DNA of 61,736 bases, filler included, from Sandaracinaceae bacterium (GTDB lineage: Bacteria; Myxococcota_A; Polyangia; Polyangiales; JADJQN01), in NCBI GenBank assembly GCA_947483975.1. It is 3 parts of 3 records of this genome, joined end to end, with 100 filler letters (N's around TTAATTAATTAA, not from the genome) between each part and the next. Parts side by side here need not be neighbours in the genome. Positions count along the whole stretch, not along the records: positions 1 to 20,923 come from CANKOL010000050.1; 2 more parts are not named here. The stretch is one strand, 5' to 3'. The notes beneath the pieces are model-generated. The model saw nothing but the letters and a program-made list of their open reading frames with translations. It was not told where the DNA came from and did no database searches. Each line of letters begins with the position of its first letter. The stretch's first letter is position 1. Positions 1 to 7,766 of the stretch are shown here, piece after piece. Made by a program: the position numbers and the translations under genes.

Positions 1-339
1 GAGGACGAGCAGCAGCTGCGGCCGGCGCGCCTTCACGGCGTTGAGCGCCGTCGCGCCGTCGTCGCCCGCGGGCGCCGGACCAGCGAGCGCGGCCAAGCGA
101 AGCGGGCTCGCCGTGCCGCGGATCGTCAGCACGCGCTCCGCGAGCGAGAGCGAGAGCCCGCCCGCCTGCCACTCGCGCGACGACGGCGGCTCGAGCCTCA
201 GGCACCGCACGAAGCCGTGTGGTCCGTTCACGCGCAGCTCGCTCGGCACCGAGCGTCCGCACGCGACCAGCAGCGTCAGGGCTGCGAGCGCGGGGACCAA
301 AGGGCGGGGGCGCGTCCGCCGCGCGTTCAGGCGATGCAT
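1..339 (-). CDS. Putative lipoprotein, runs off the window edge (3' part missing)
   Basis: Manual translation from ATG at 339: MHRLNARRTRPRPLVPALAALTLLVACGRSVPSEL..., with basic N-terminus, hydrophobic stretch and LVAC lipobox. Frame is open to position 1. TACGGT box 10 nt upstream. Confidence 0.6.
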   Translation of the reverse strand, partial: MHRLNARRTRPRPLVPALAALTLLVACGRSVPSELRVNGPHGFVRCLRLEPPSSREWQAGGLSLSLAERVLTIRGTASPLRLAALAGPAPAGDDGATALNAVKARRPQLLLVL

Positions 340-381
340 GGCGGCGCGCACCGTAGCAGAGCGGTCCTCGCTGTCCGAGCG

Positions 382-461
382 TCCGCGCGGAGCGCCGTCA
401 CAACATCCGCGCGGAGCGCCGTCACAACATCGGCGCGGAGCGCCGTCACAACATCGGCGCG
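382..461. repeat. 24-bp tandem repeat, about 3.3 copies, overlapping the cls stop codon
   Basis: Unit tc(c/g)gcgcggagcgccgtcacaaca at 382, 406 and 430, partial at 454. Confidence 0.9.
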
Positions 462-1885
462 CAGAGCCGGCCGACGCCCTCGATCACGCGCAGGCGCAGC
501 CCGCGCTCGTGCCAGCGCTCGAGCTCGACCTCCTCCGTCGCGGCGAGCTCGTCCTGGAAGATCGCCTCGAGGCGCGCGACGCTCGTGGCGTCGTAGAGCA
601 CCGCGACGAGCTCGAAATTGAGCCGAAAGCTGCGCACGTCGAAGTTCGCGCTGCCCACGGTCGCGAAGCGTCCGTCCACGACCATCGCCTTCGCGTGCAG
701 CATCCCGGGCAGGTACTCGTGGATGTGCACGCCCGCCTCGAGCAGCTCCTCGTAGAAGCTACGCCCCGCGTGGAACGTCACGCGATGGTTCGACTCGCGC
801 GGCAGCACGATCCGGACGTCGACTCCGCGCTGCGCTGCGGTCTGCAGCGCGACGAGGATGGCGCGGTCGGGCACGAAGTACGGCGTCGTGATCCAGACGC
901 GCTCGCGCGCTGACGCGATGGCCGCGAAGTAGAGCCGATGGATCGCCTCGATGGACGCGTCCGGCCCCGAGCCCACGACCTGCACGACCGCGCGGCCGCG
1001 CTCCGGGATCTGGGGAAAAAATGCCGGATTGACCGGGTCGTAGCGCGTGGCGAAGTACCAGTCCTCGCAGAAGAGCCGCTGCATGTGCGCGACCGCGGGG
1101 CCGTCGATGCGCAGGTGCACGTCGCTCCACGGCAGGAACATCTCCCCGATGTTGATGCCACCGACGAAGCCGGTCTCACCGTCGACGATCAGGAGCTTGC
1201 GATGGTTGCGCAGGTTCGCCGACCAAGCGCGGCGGATCGGATCGAGCGGGAAGAACTTCGCGACGCGCCCGCCGGCGACGATGATCGGCCGGAAGAAGCC
1301 GCGCACGTTGGCCGTGCGCGAGCCGAAGCCGTCGAGCAGGACGCGCACTCGCACGCCCCGCGCGCGCGCTCGGAGCAGCGCCTCGCGGAAGCTCAGGCCC
1401 ACGGCGTCGGGCTGAAAGATGTAGCTCTCGAGGTGAACGTGATCCCGCGCTGCGTCGATGGCGGCGAGCTCCGCGGCGTACGTCTCCTCGGCACCGAGGA
1501 GCACGCGCACGACGTTGCCCGCGGCGATCGATGGACAGCCCACCCGACACGCGAGGCGCATCACGTCGCGCTGCTCCGCCGGCTGGTCGGCCAGCAGCGT
1601 CTCGAGCGAATCGTCGCTTGGCGGGCGCGGCAGGGCGCTGACGCGCTGTCGAAGCTCCCAGTTGAGGGCGCGCTTGCCACGGATGGGGCGGCGCACGCGG
1701 TCCCGACCGAAGAACCAGAACAACAGCACGCCGACCGCCGGGAGGAACAGCAGCGTCATGATCCACGCGACCGTGCTCGCCGCCTCTTTGCGGCGGATCA
1801 GCACGAGCGGGATGAACGCGAACGACGTGAGGCTGACGAGCGTCGCGGTGATCTGAAGGGCAGTCGTCAGCTCGAGCTCGAACAT
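446..1885 (-). CDS. cls: Cardiolipin synthase (PLD superfamily)
   Basis: Two N-terminal TM helices and two HKD motifs (RNHRKLLIVDG, LHAKAMVVDG), plus GGINIG, GSANFDVRS and ITTPYF. Confidence 0.93.
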   Translation of the reverse strand: MFELELTTALQITATLVSLTSFAFIPLVLIRRKEAASTVAWIMTLLFLPAVGVLLFWFFGRDRVRRPIRGKRALNWELRQRVSALPRPPSDDSLETLLADQPAEQRDVMRLACRVGCPSIAAGNVVRVLLGAEETYAAELAAIDAARDHVHLESYIFQPDAVGLSFREALLRARARGVRVRVLLDGFGSRTANVRGFFRPIIVAGGRVAKFFPLDPIRRAWSANLRNHRKLLIVDGETGFVGGINIGEMFLPWSDVHLRIDGPAVAHMQRLFCEDWYFATRYDPVNPAFFPQIPERGRAVVQVVGSGPDASIEAIHRLYFAAIASARERVWITTPYFVPDRAILVALQTAAQRGVDVRIVLPRESNHRVTFHAGRSFYEELLEAGVHIHEYLPGMLHAKAMVVDGRFATVGSANFDVRSFRLNFELVAVLYDATSVARLEAIFQDELAATEEVELERWHERGLRLRVIEGVGRLCAPML

Positions 1886-1980
1886 CGTCGTGCGGTCCCC
1901 GCCGCAGGGTCGCGGAGTCGAGCCCCCCGCGCAAGGCAGCGCGTGCCGCGTCCTGCACGCAGTGATAGAAAGGACGCCGA

Positions 1981-2820
1981 ATGAGCGACTTCAAGCGGTT
2001 TCACGGCACGGACAGCTACCTGACCAGCGAGGCGCTCGAGTCCGCCGTCAACTGCGCGCTCGTCCTCGAGCGACCGCTGCTCGTCAAAGGCGAGCCCGGC
2101 ACGGGCAAGACGCTGCTCGCAGAGGCCATCGCCAAGGCGCTCGGCGCGCCATTGCTGCGCTGGCACGTGAAGTCGACGACGCGCGCGCAGGACGGACTCT
2201 ACGTCTACGACACCGTGCAGCGCCTCTACGACTCGCGCTTCAACGACGGCGACGTGAAGGATATCCGCCGCTACATCAAGCTCGGACCGCTCGGCGAGGC
2301 CATGGCCAGCCCGGAGCGCGTCGTGCTCTTGATCGACGAGGTCGACAAGGCCGACATCGAATTCCCGAACGATCTGCTGCACGAGCTGGATCGGATGCGC
2401 TTCATCATCGGCGAGACGGGCGACGAGATCGTCGCCAAGCAGCGCCCCGTCGTCATCATCACCAGCAACAACGAGAAGGAACTCCCCGACGCCTTCCTGC
2501 GGCGCTGCGTGTTTCACTTCATCGACTTCCCCGAGCCGGATCTGATGAAGCGCATCGTCGCGGTGCATCACCCGAAGCTCGACGAGGAGCTCGTCGATCA
2601 GTCCCTGACCGCGTTCTACGAGCTTCGCGAGATGAAGCGCCTTCGCAAGCGCCCGAGCACGAGCGAGCTGATCGACTGGATCGCGGTGCTGAAGGCGGCC
2701 GGCCTCAAGACCGTGAAGCTCGACAGCAATGTGCCGTTCCTCGGCGCCCTGCTGAAGAAGGAGCAGGACCTCGCTTCCCTCGCCGACCAGCTGTCGGGTG
2801 GGCGAAAGTACCGGAGCTGA
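1981..2820 (+). CDS. MoxR-family AAA+ ATPase (CoxD-like)
   Basis: Walker A GEPGTGKT, Walker B LLIDEVDKAD, FPNDLL, ITSNNEKELPDAFLRRC. SD-like AAGGA upstream. Confidence 0.92.
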   Translation: MSDFKRFHGTDSYLTSEALESAVNCALVLERPLLVKGEPGTGKTLLAEAIAKALGAPLLRWHVKSTTRAQDGLYVYDTVQRLYDSRFNDGDVKDIRRYIKLGPLGEAMASPERVVLLIDEVDKADIEFPNDLLHELDRMRFIIGETGDEIVAKQRPVVIITSNNEKELPDAFLRRCVFHFIDFPEPDLMKRIVAVHHPKLDEELVDQSLTAFYELREMKRLRKRPSTSELIDWIAVLKAAGLKTVKLDSNVPFLGALLKKEQDLASLADQLSGGRKYRS

Positions 2821-2825
2821 CCCCG

Positions 2826-3767
2826 ATGAACCGCACTTCCCTTCGCTCTTCATCGTTCGCGCTCGCTTGTCTCGCGCTCGCCGGGCTCTCGCAGGCCTGC
2901 GCCGCGGGCGAACCGTCGGTCCCGATGCGCTACGACGCGCACGTGCCGCCCTCGCCGGACGGCGGCTCGCGCGACCTCGGCGGCTCGGACCTCGGCGCGA
3001 CCGATCTCGGCAGCGCAGACCTCGGCGCGACCGATCTCGGCAGCGCAGACCTCGGCGCGAACGACCTCGGCAGCGCAGACCTCGGCAGCGCAGACCTCGG
3101 CAGCGCAGACCTCGGCAGCGCAGACCTCGGCCCGACGAGCGATGCGGGCCCGCTCGCCGGCTATCGGCACACGATCACCATCGACGGCGTCAACGACTTC
3201 GACGCGGCGCCCGAGCGCTTCGACACGACGACCGCAGGATATTCGCTCTACGTCAGCTGGGACGCGGACGCGCTCTACCTCGGCGCGAACGGTCCGGACA
3301 TCGCGTCGGGCGGCGCGACGAAGTGGCTGCTCTTCTACCTCGACACCAACGGTGCGGGCGCCGGGTCGAGCGTCGGCGTGACGTACAACACGCAGACTCC
3401 GGCGCTCCCGGCGGGCTTTTCGGCCGACTTCGTGTTCCGCTGGCGGGCGGACAACACCTTCCAGAGCCTGCAGCGCTGGGACGTCACGACGTCGACGTGG
3501 GTCGAGACGACCGTCGCGCCGACGACGTTCCAAGCGGGCACGTTCGTCGAGACGCGCCTCCCGCTGATCGAGCTCGGCGCACCGACGACCATCGGCATCG
3601 CCGCGCTCATGCTCAACGAAGCCGCGGGCGTCGAGTTCTCCTACTCGGGAATGCCGAGCGGGACGTTCGCGGACGGCTACCACGCGACCATTCCGATGAC
3701 GCGCTGGCTGTCGGCGAACCGAAGCCTCACCGCCAATCCGAACGACGCGAGTCGCCTGCGGCCCTGA
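2826..3767 (+). CDS. Secreted lipoprotein with DLGxx repeat linker and C-terminal DOMON/CBM9-like beta-sandwich
   Basis: ATG 5 nt after the MoxR stop. Signal ends in LSQAC, followed by 11 DLG pentapeptide units and then ITIDGVNDF...LYVSWDADALYLG, reminiscent of DOMON-like sugar-binding domains. Confidence 0.7.
   Translation: MNRTSLRSSSFALACLALAGLSQACAAGEPSVPMRYDAHVPPSPDGGSRDLGGSDLGATDLGSADLGATDLGSADLGANDLGSADLGSADLGSADLGSADLGPTSDAGPLAGYRHTITIDGVNDFDAAPERFDTTTAGYSLYVSWDADALYLGANGPDIASGGATKWLLFYLDTNGAGAGSSVGVTYNTQTPALPAGFSADFVFRWRADNTFQSLQRWDVTTSTWVETTVAPTTFQAGTFVETRLPLIELGAPTTIGIAALMLNEAAGVEFSYSGMPSGTFADGYHATIPMTRWLSANRSLTANPNDASRLRP
2973..3131 (+). repeat. 15-bp coding tandem repeat (DLGSA/DLGAT), about 10.6 copies
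   Basis: gacctcggcagcgca-type units read directly. Confidence 0.92.
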
Positions 3768-3775
3768 GGGCGCGC

Positions 3776-3805
3776 TTGTCCCGCGCGAGCGGCGCGTGGT
3801 AGCTT
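3776..3805 (+). promoter_or_regulatory. Putative sigma70 promoter for the radical SAM operon
   Basis: TTGTCC (3776-3781), 18-nt spacer, extended -10 TGG-TAGCTT (3797-3805). AGGAGG RBS at 3851-3856 precedes GTG 3861. Confidence 0.5.
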
Positions 3806-3860
3806 TGCCCTGTTTTTCAAGGCGAACGCTGCCGCGCTGGACGCGGCTCGAGGAGGCCTC

Positions 3861-4637
3861 GTGGACCGACGCTCGGATTCGCTGCTGCCAGACCTGAGGT
3901 CGCGCGTGTTGCGGTTCGGGGTCGAGTGGGGAGAGGCGACGGGAAGGCCGCTCGCGACCGCGCGCGATGGGCTCGACTTCCTGACGGCGATGAAGTCGCG
4001 CGACGACTTCTGGGACGCCCTCGCCGCGGACGGTCCGGGCGGCACACCGCTGCTCGACACGGCGGCTTTGCGCGAGGCGCTACCTGCCGACGCGCCTCCG
4101 CAGGAGACCGCGTCGGAGGATGTGCTGCGCTCCCTCGGCCTCGCGGAGGGCGAGGTCATCGCGGTGCTGACGGGCCTCGACGAACCACCCGGACTCGATG
4201 ACGCGATCCGCGCAGCGTTCGCCGAGAGCACCCCGCAGAAGGTCGCGCGCGCCCTCGAGCGCGTCCTCGACACCGACCGGAATGTCCTCGCGACCGAGCA
4301 ATACGTGCGCCGCCTGCCAGAGTCCGCGGGGGTCGGGCGCTCGCTCGGCGTGCTGATGGGCACCGCCGTCCTGCTCGTCGGCACCACGCTCGGCGCCTGC
4401 GTCGCGCGCTGCGGGGCCCCGCAGAGCGCGCCGACGCCGCGCACCTCGCAGCAGACGCCGACGACGCCGGAGACCGCTCCGAACCCGGGAGCAGGAGCAC
4501 AGTCGACGCCTGAGCCGACGCCCCCCGAGCCGGCTCCTCCAGAGCCCACGCCGCCCCCACGTCCCTATCCGCCGCCGGGCCCCGCGCCCGCCTACAAGGG
4601 CGTGAGCCCGCGTCGCCGAGGAGCGCTCCACCCATGA
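3861..4637 (+). CDS. Putative radical SAM substrate/precursor protein 1 (YKG-motif lipoprotein-like)
   Basis: Strong RBS. Paralogous to 4634..5428 over the N-terminal ~175 aa. Hydrophobic segment ends TLGAC, then a Pro/Thr-rich linker and C-terminal PAPAYKGVSPRRR. Confidence 0.75.
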   Translation: MDRRSDSLLPDLRSRVLRFGVEWGEATGRPLATARDGLDFLTAMKSRDDFWDALAADGPGGTPLLDTAALREALPADAPPQETASEDVLRSLGLAEGEVIAVLTGLDEPPGLDDAIRAAFAESTPQKVARALERVLDTDRNVLATEQYVRRLPESAGVGRSLGVLMGTAVLLVGTTLGACVARCGAPQSAPTPRTSQQTPTTPETAPNPGAGAQSTPEPTPPEPAPPEPTPPPRPYPPPGPAPAYKGVSPRRRGALHP

Positions 4638-5428
4638 ACACGTTCTCCGCTGTTCAGCTCGAACGCCTGAAAGTCCACGTTCTCCCGTTCGGTGCAGAGT
4701 GGACGAGCACGACGCGGCGACCGCTCGCCACCGTGCGCGACGGGCTCGACTTCCTCGCGTCGATGAGGGCGCGCGGAGACTTCTGGGCGGGCCTCGCGCC
4801 GACGAGCCCGGAGGACACCTATCCGCTCGATCTCGCGGCCCTGCGCGAGCTACTGCCGAGCGCGCCGCTCACCTCGGACGTCGCTGCAGAGGATTTCCTG
4901 CGCGCGCTGGGGCTCTCCGACAGCGAACTCAGCGAGCTCGTCACGGGCCTCGACGAGCCCAATTTCTTCGACCTCGCGATCCAAGCGGCCTTCGCGGAGA
5001 CGCGCCCGCAGAGCGTCGCGCGGGCGCTCGAGCGCATCCTGCAGACGAACGCGGACGTGCTCGCGACGCAGTGCTACGTCGGCCGCGTCGCGACCTCGCG
5101 CGGCCTGGTCCGCACCGTCGGCGCGATGATGGGAGTCGCCCTCTTGCTCGTCGGCACCGCGTGCCCTCCGCAGAGCAGCCAGCCGACGCCGCAGCCCACG
5201 CCAGGCCAGGGCTCGGCGACCTCGGGTGCATCCTCGACGCCGACGCCGACCCCACAGCCGCCGCCCGACCCCGCGTCCGGCGCGACGACGCTCACTCCCG
5301 TCGCGCCCACGCCGCCGACGCCCGCGCCTGCGAACCCGCCGGCGCAGCGACCGCACCCGCCCCCGAGTCCCGCCCCCCGCTACAAGGGCGTGAGCCCGCG
5401 ACGGCGGACCGCCGCGACGCCCACCTGA
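4634..5428 (+). CDS. Putative radical SAM substrate/precursor protein 2 (YKG-motif lipoprotein-like)
   Basis: ATGA overlap with the previous gene. Shares RPLATxRDGLDFL, DFW, TGLDEP and VARALER blocks. VGTAC, Pro-rich linker, C-terminal PAPRYKGVSPRRR. Confidence 0.75.
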   Translation: MNTFSAVQLERLKVHVLPFGAEWTSTTRRPLATVRDGLDFLASMRARGDFWAGLAPTSPEDTYPLDLAALRELLPSAPLTSDVAAEDFLRALGLSDSELSELVTGLDEPNFFDLAIQAAFAETRPQSVARALERILQTNADVLATQCYVGRVATSRGLVRTVGAMMGVALLLVGTACPPQSSQPTPQPTPGQGSATSGASSTPTPTPQPPPDPASGATTLTPVAPTPPTPAPANPPAQRPHPPPSPAPRYKGVSPRRRTAATPT

Positions 5429-5439
5429 GCGCGTCAGCG

Positions 5440-6627
5440 ATGGAACGACCTCCGCGCATGACGGCGTGCTCTCCAGGCCAGACGTCGTTCACCCGCCCGC
5501 TCGCACTGCGACACGTCGACCGCGCGCCGGAGCACTTCGTCTGGGAGCTGACGAACGCCTGCAACTTGAACTGCGTGCATTGCGAGAGCGAGTCTGGGCC
5601 TGCGCGCGAGTCGGAACTCTCGACGGAGGAGGCGCTCGCGCTCTGCGATGACCTCCTCGCGCTCGGCTGCAAGGTCGTCAATCTCTCGGGCGGTGAGCCA
5701 TTCCTGCGCCCGGATTGGCTGCAGATCTGCGAGCGCTTGGTCGCCCTCGGGCTCGAACCGATACTCGTGTCGAACCTCACCATCGCCAACGCGGAGCACT
5801 TCGACGCGCTCGCGCGCCTCGGCGTCGAGTGGATCGCGACGTCCGTCGATGGCCCGCCGGAGGTCCACGACCGAATTCGCCGCACCCGAGGTGAGCCGTT
5901 TTCGCCCTTCGCCCGCACGCACGCGACGATCCTCGACCTCAAGGCGCGCGGCTTCAGCGTCGCGGTCATCACGCACATCAACCTGTGGAACCTGCCGCAC
6001 CTCGACGAACTCGCGGATATCCTCGAGCGTCTCGGCGTCGATCTCTGGCAGTTGCAGATCGGGCAACCTTCGGGGCGACTCCGCGAGATCGCCGAGAGCT
6101 ACCTCATCTATCCCGGGCAAATGGAGGACATCTACGCCTTCATCCGGCGCACCCAGCAGACTCGCAAGCTGACACTCGACGTCTCGGACGATATCGGCTT
6201 CTTCGGCCCGGACGAGCTCGCCATACGCACTTTGCACGGTGAGGCGCGGTTCTTCGCCGGATGTCAGGCGGGCTTCCGCGCGCTCGCGATCACGAGCGAC
6301 GGAATGGTTCGCGGCTGCCCTTCCCTCGAGATCGACGTGGGCAGTGTGCGCGAGACCCCGATCGCCGATATCTGGGCCGACGAGAAGCGCTTCTGGTTCA
6401 ACCACTGGGACCCCACCAAGGTCGAGGGGAACTGCCGTCGCTGCTCGTTTCAGCGCCTCTGCCGGTGCGGCTGCAAGAGCCTCGCGCTGTCCACCACGGG
6501 CTCCCTTCACCGCAACATCTACTGTATCAATCAGCTCCAGAACCTCGACGGCGACCCAGACACGCGTGAGGTCGAGGGCGTGCCACTCTCCGCGCGAAAG
6601 CGCTCTTTGCCCCAAGTGACGGAGTAG
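5440..6627 (+). CDS. Radical SAM/SPASM peptide-modifying enzyme 1 (PlpX/splicease-like clade)
   Basis: VWELTNACNLNCVHC, SGGEP, SVDG, LWQLQI, DDIGFFGPDE. SPASM cysteines GCQAG..GCPS..CRRC..LCRCGC..YC. Start is ATG 5440, alternatively 5458. Confidence 0.88.
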   Translation: MERPPRMTACSPGQTSFTRPLALRHVDRAPEHFVWELTNACNLNCVHCESESGPARESELSTEEALALCDDLLALGCKVVNLSGGEPFLRPDWLQICERLVALGLEPILVSNLTIANAEHFDALARLGVEWIATSVDGPPEVHDRIRRTRGEPFSPFARTHATILDLKARGFSVAVITHINLWNLPHLDELADILERLGVDLWQLQIGQPSGRLREIAESYLIYPGQMEDIYAFIRRTQQTRKLTLDVSDDIGFFGPDELAIRTLHGEARFFAGCQAGFRALAITSDGMVRGCPSLEIDVGSVRETPIADIWADEKRFWFNHWDPTKVEGNCRRCSFQRLCRCGCKSLALSTTGSLHRNIYCINQLQNLDGDPDTREVEGVPLSARKRSLPQVTE

Positions 6628-6635
6628 CGACACCC

Positions 6636-7766
6636 ATGCATCCGCCCCCAACTCCCGAGTTCAGCCCAGAGTTCTGCGTGTGGGAGACGACCCTCGCCTG
6701 CAATCTATCCTGCCGACACTGCGGCTCCTCCGCCGGCAAGGCCCGCGCGAACGAGCTCGACACGGAGGAGGCGCTCGCGCTGATCGACGCGCTCGCGAAC
6801 CTCGGGACGCGCGAGATCACGTTCAGCGGAGGCGAATTCATCGTGCGCCCAGACTGGCGGCTCTTGCTCGCGCGAGCAAAGTCGCGCGGCGTCGCGAGCC
6901 TCCTCGTCTCGAACGGGCTCGCGCTCACGCGCGAGGTCGCCGACGAGCTCGCGCGGCAGGATGTCGGCAGCGTCTCGCTGAGCGTCGACGGGAGTCCCCC
7001 CGCACATGACCGGCTACGCCCCCTCCACAAGCTGCACGCGCTCGAGTTCTCCGGCCCGTGTGGCGCCGAAGGGCCTTCGAGCCACGAGCAGTTGAGGCAC
7101 GCGGCCGAGAACTTGCGCGCTGCGGGCGTGACGGTCTCCGCGATCACGCAGGTATCGAAGAACAACCTCGCCGAGCTCCCCGCGATCGAAGAGTTCCTCG
7201 TCGCCTCCGGCATCGACGGTTGGCAGATCCAGATGACGAACGCGATGGGGCGCGGCGCCCGCGGCGCCGGCGAACACGCCATTCAGATCCTCGAGCCAGC
7301 GGATCTGCCGACGCTCTACGCCCATGTGCGAAGGGTGCAGCGCGAGGGTCGAGTCCGCTGCCTCGCCGCGGATTGTCTGGGCTATTTTGCGCCCGACGAG
7401 CCTCTCCTGCGCAGCGTCGAGCGGCCGGGCGACAACTTCTGGCAGGGCTGCCAAGCGGGGATGCGCGTACTCGGCATCACGAGCGATGGTGGCATCAAGG
7501 GCTGTCTCTCGATGACGGACACCTTCCTCGAGGGCAACCTCCGCGAGCGCCCGCTCCACGAGATCTGGAATGACCGGAGCGCGTTCGCCTACAACCGTCG
7601 CTTCGACGAGGCGACCCTGACGGGCGGGTGCAGCGGTTGCGCGTTCGGCAAGCTCTGCCGCGCGGGCTGCCGCAGCTTCGCGGCGACGGCGCAAGACGGC
7701 GACATCTCGCGCTACGACCACTGCATTCGCCTGCAGGACGCGGCGACGACGTCCTCGCCGCAGTGA
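6636..7766 (+). CDS. Radical SAM/SPASM peptide-modifying enzyme 2 (PlpX/splicease-like clade)
   Basis: VWETTLACNLSCRHCGSSAG, SGGE, WQIQMTNAMGR, GYFAPDEPLLR, FWQGCQAG..LGITSDGGIKGCLS..GNLRERPL..CSGC..LCRAGC..HC. Confidence 0.9.
   Translation: MHPPPTPEFSPEFCVWETTLACNLSCRHCGSSAGKARANELDTEEALALIDALANLGTREITFSGGEFIVRPDWRLLLARAKSRGVASLLVSNGLALTREVADELARQDVGSVSLSVDGSPPAHDRLRPLHKLHALEFSGPCGAEGPSSHEQLRHAAENLRAAGVTVSAITQVSKNNLAELPAIEEFLVASGIDGWQIQMTNAMGRGARGAGEHAIQILEPADLPTLYAHVRRVQREGRVRCLAADCLGYFAPDEPLLRSVERPGDNFWQGCQAGMRVLGITSDGGIKGCLSMTDTFLEGNLRERPLHEIWNDRSAFAYNRRFDEATLTGGCSGCAFGKLCRAGCRSFAATAQDGDISRYDHCIRLQDAATTSSPQ

Noticed and set aside
2973..3131. DLG repeats as substrate of a Y-X(10)-GDL-associated rSAM
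   Set aside because: The register is DLG without the spaced Tyr, similar repeats occur in unrelated lipoproteins, and the gene lies upstream of the operon's own promoter.
5440..7766. rSAM pair as PqqE, NirJ or AhbC/AhbD cofactor enzymes
   Set aside because: The N-terminal motif is similar, but no pqq, nir, ahb or heme genes are nearby and motif-bearing candidate substrates sit directly upstream. Not fully excluded without a phylogeny.
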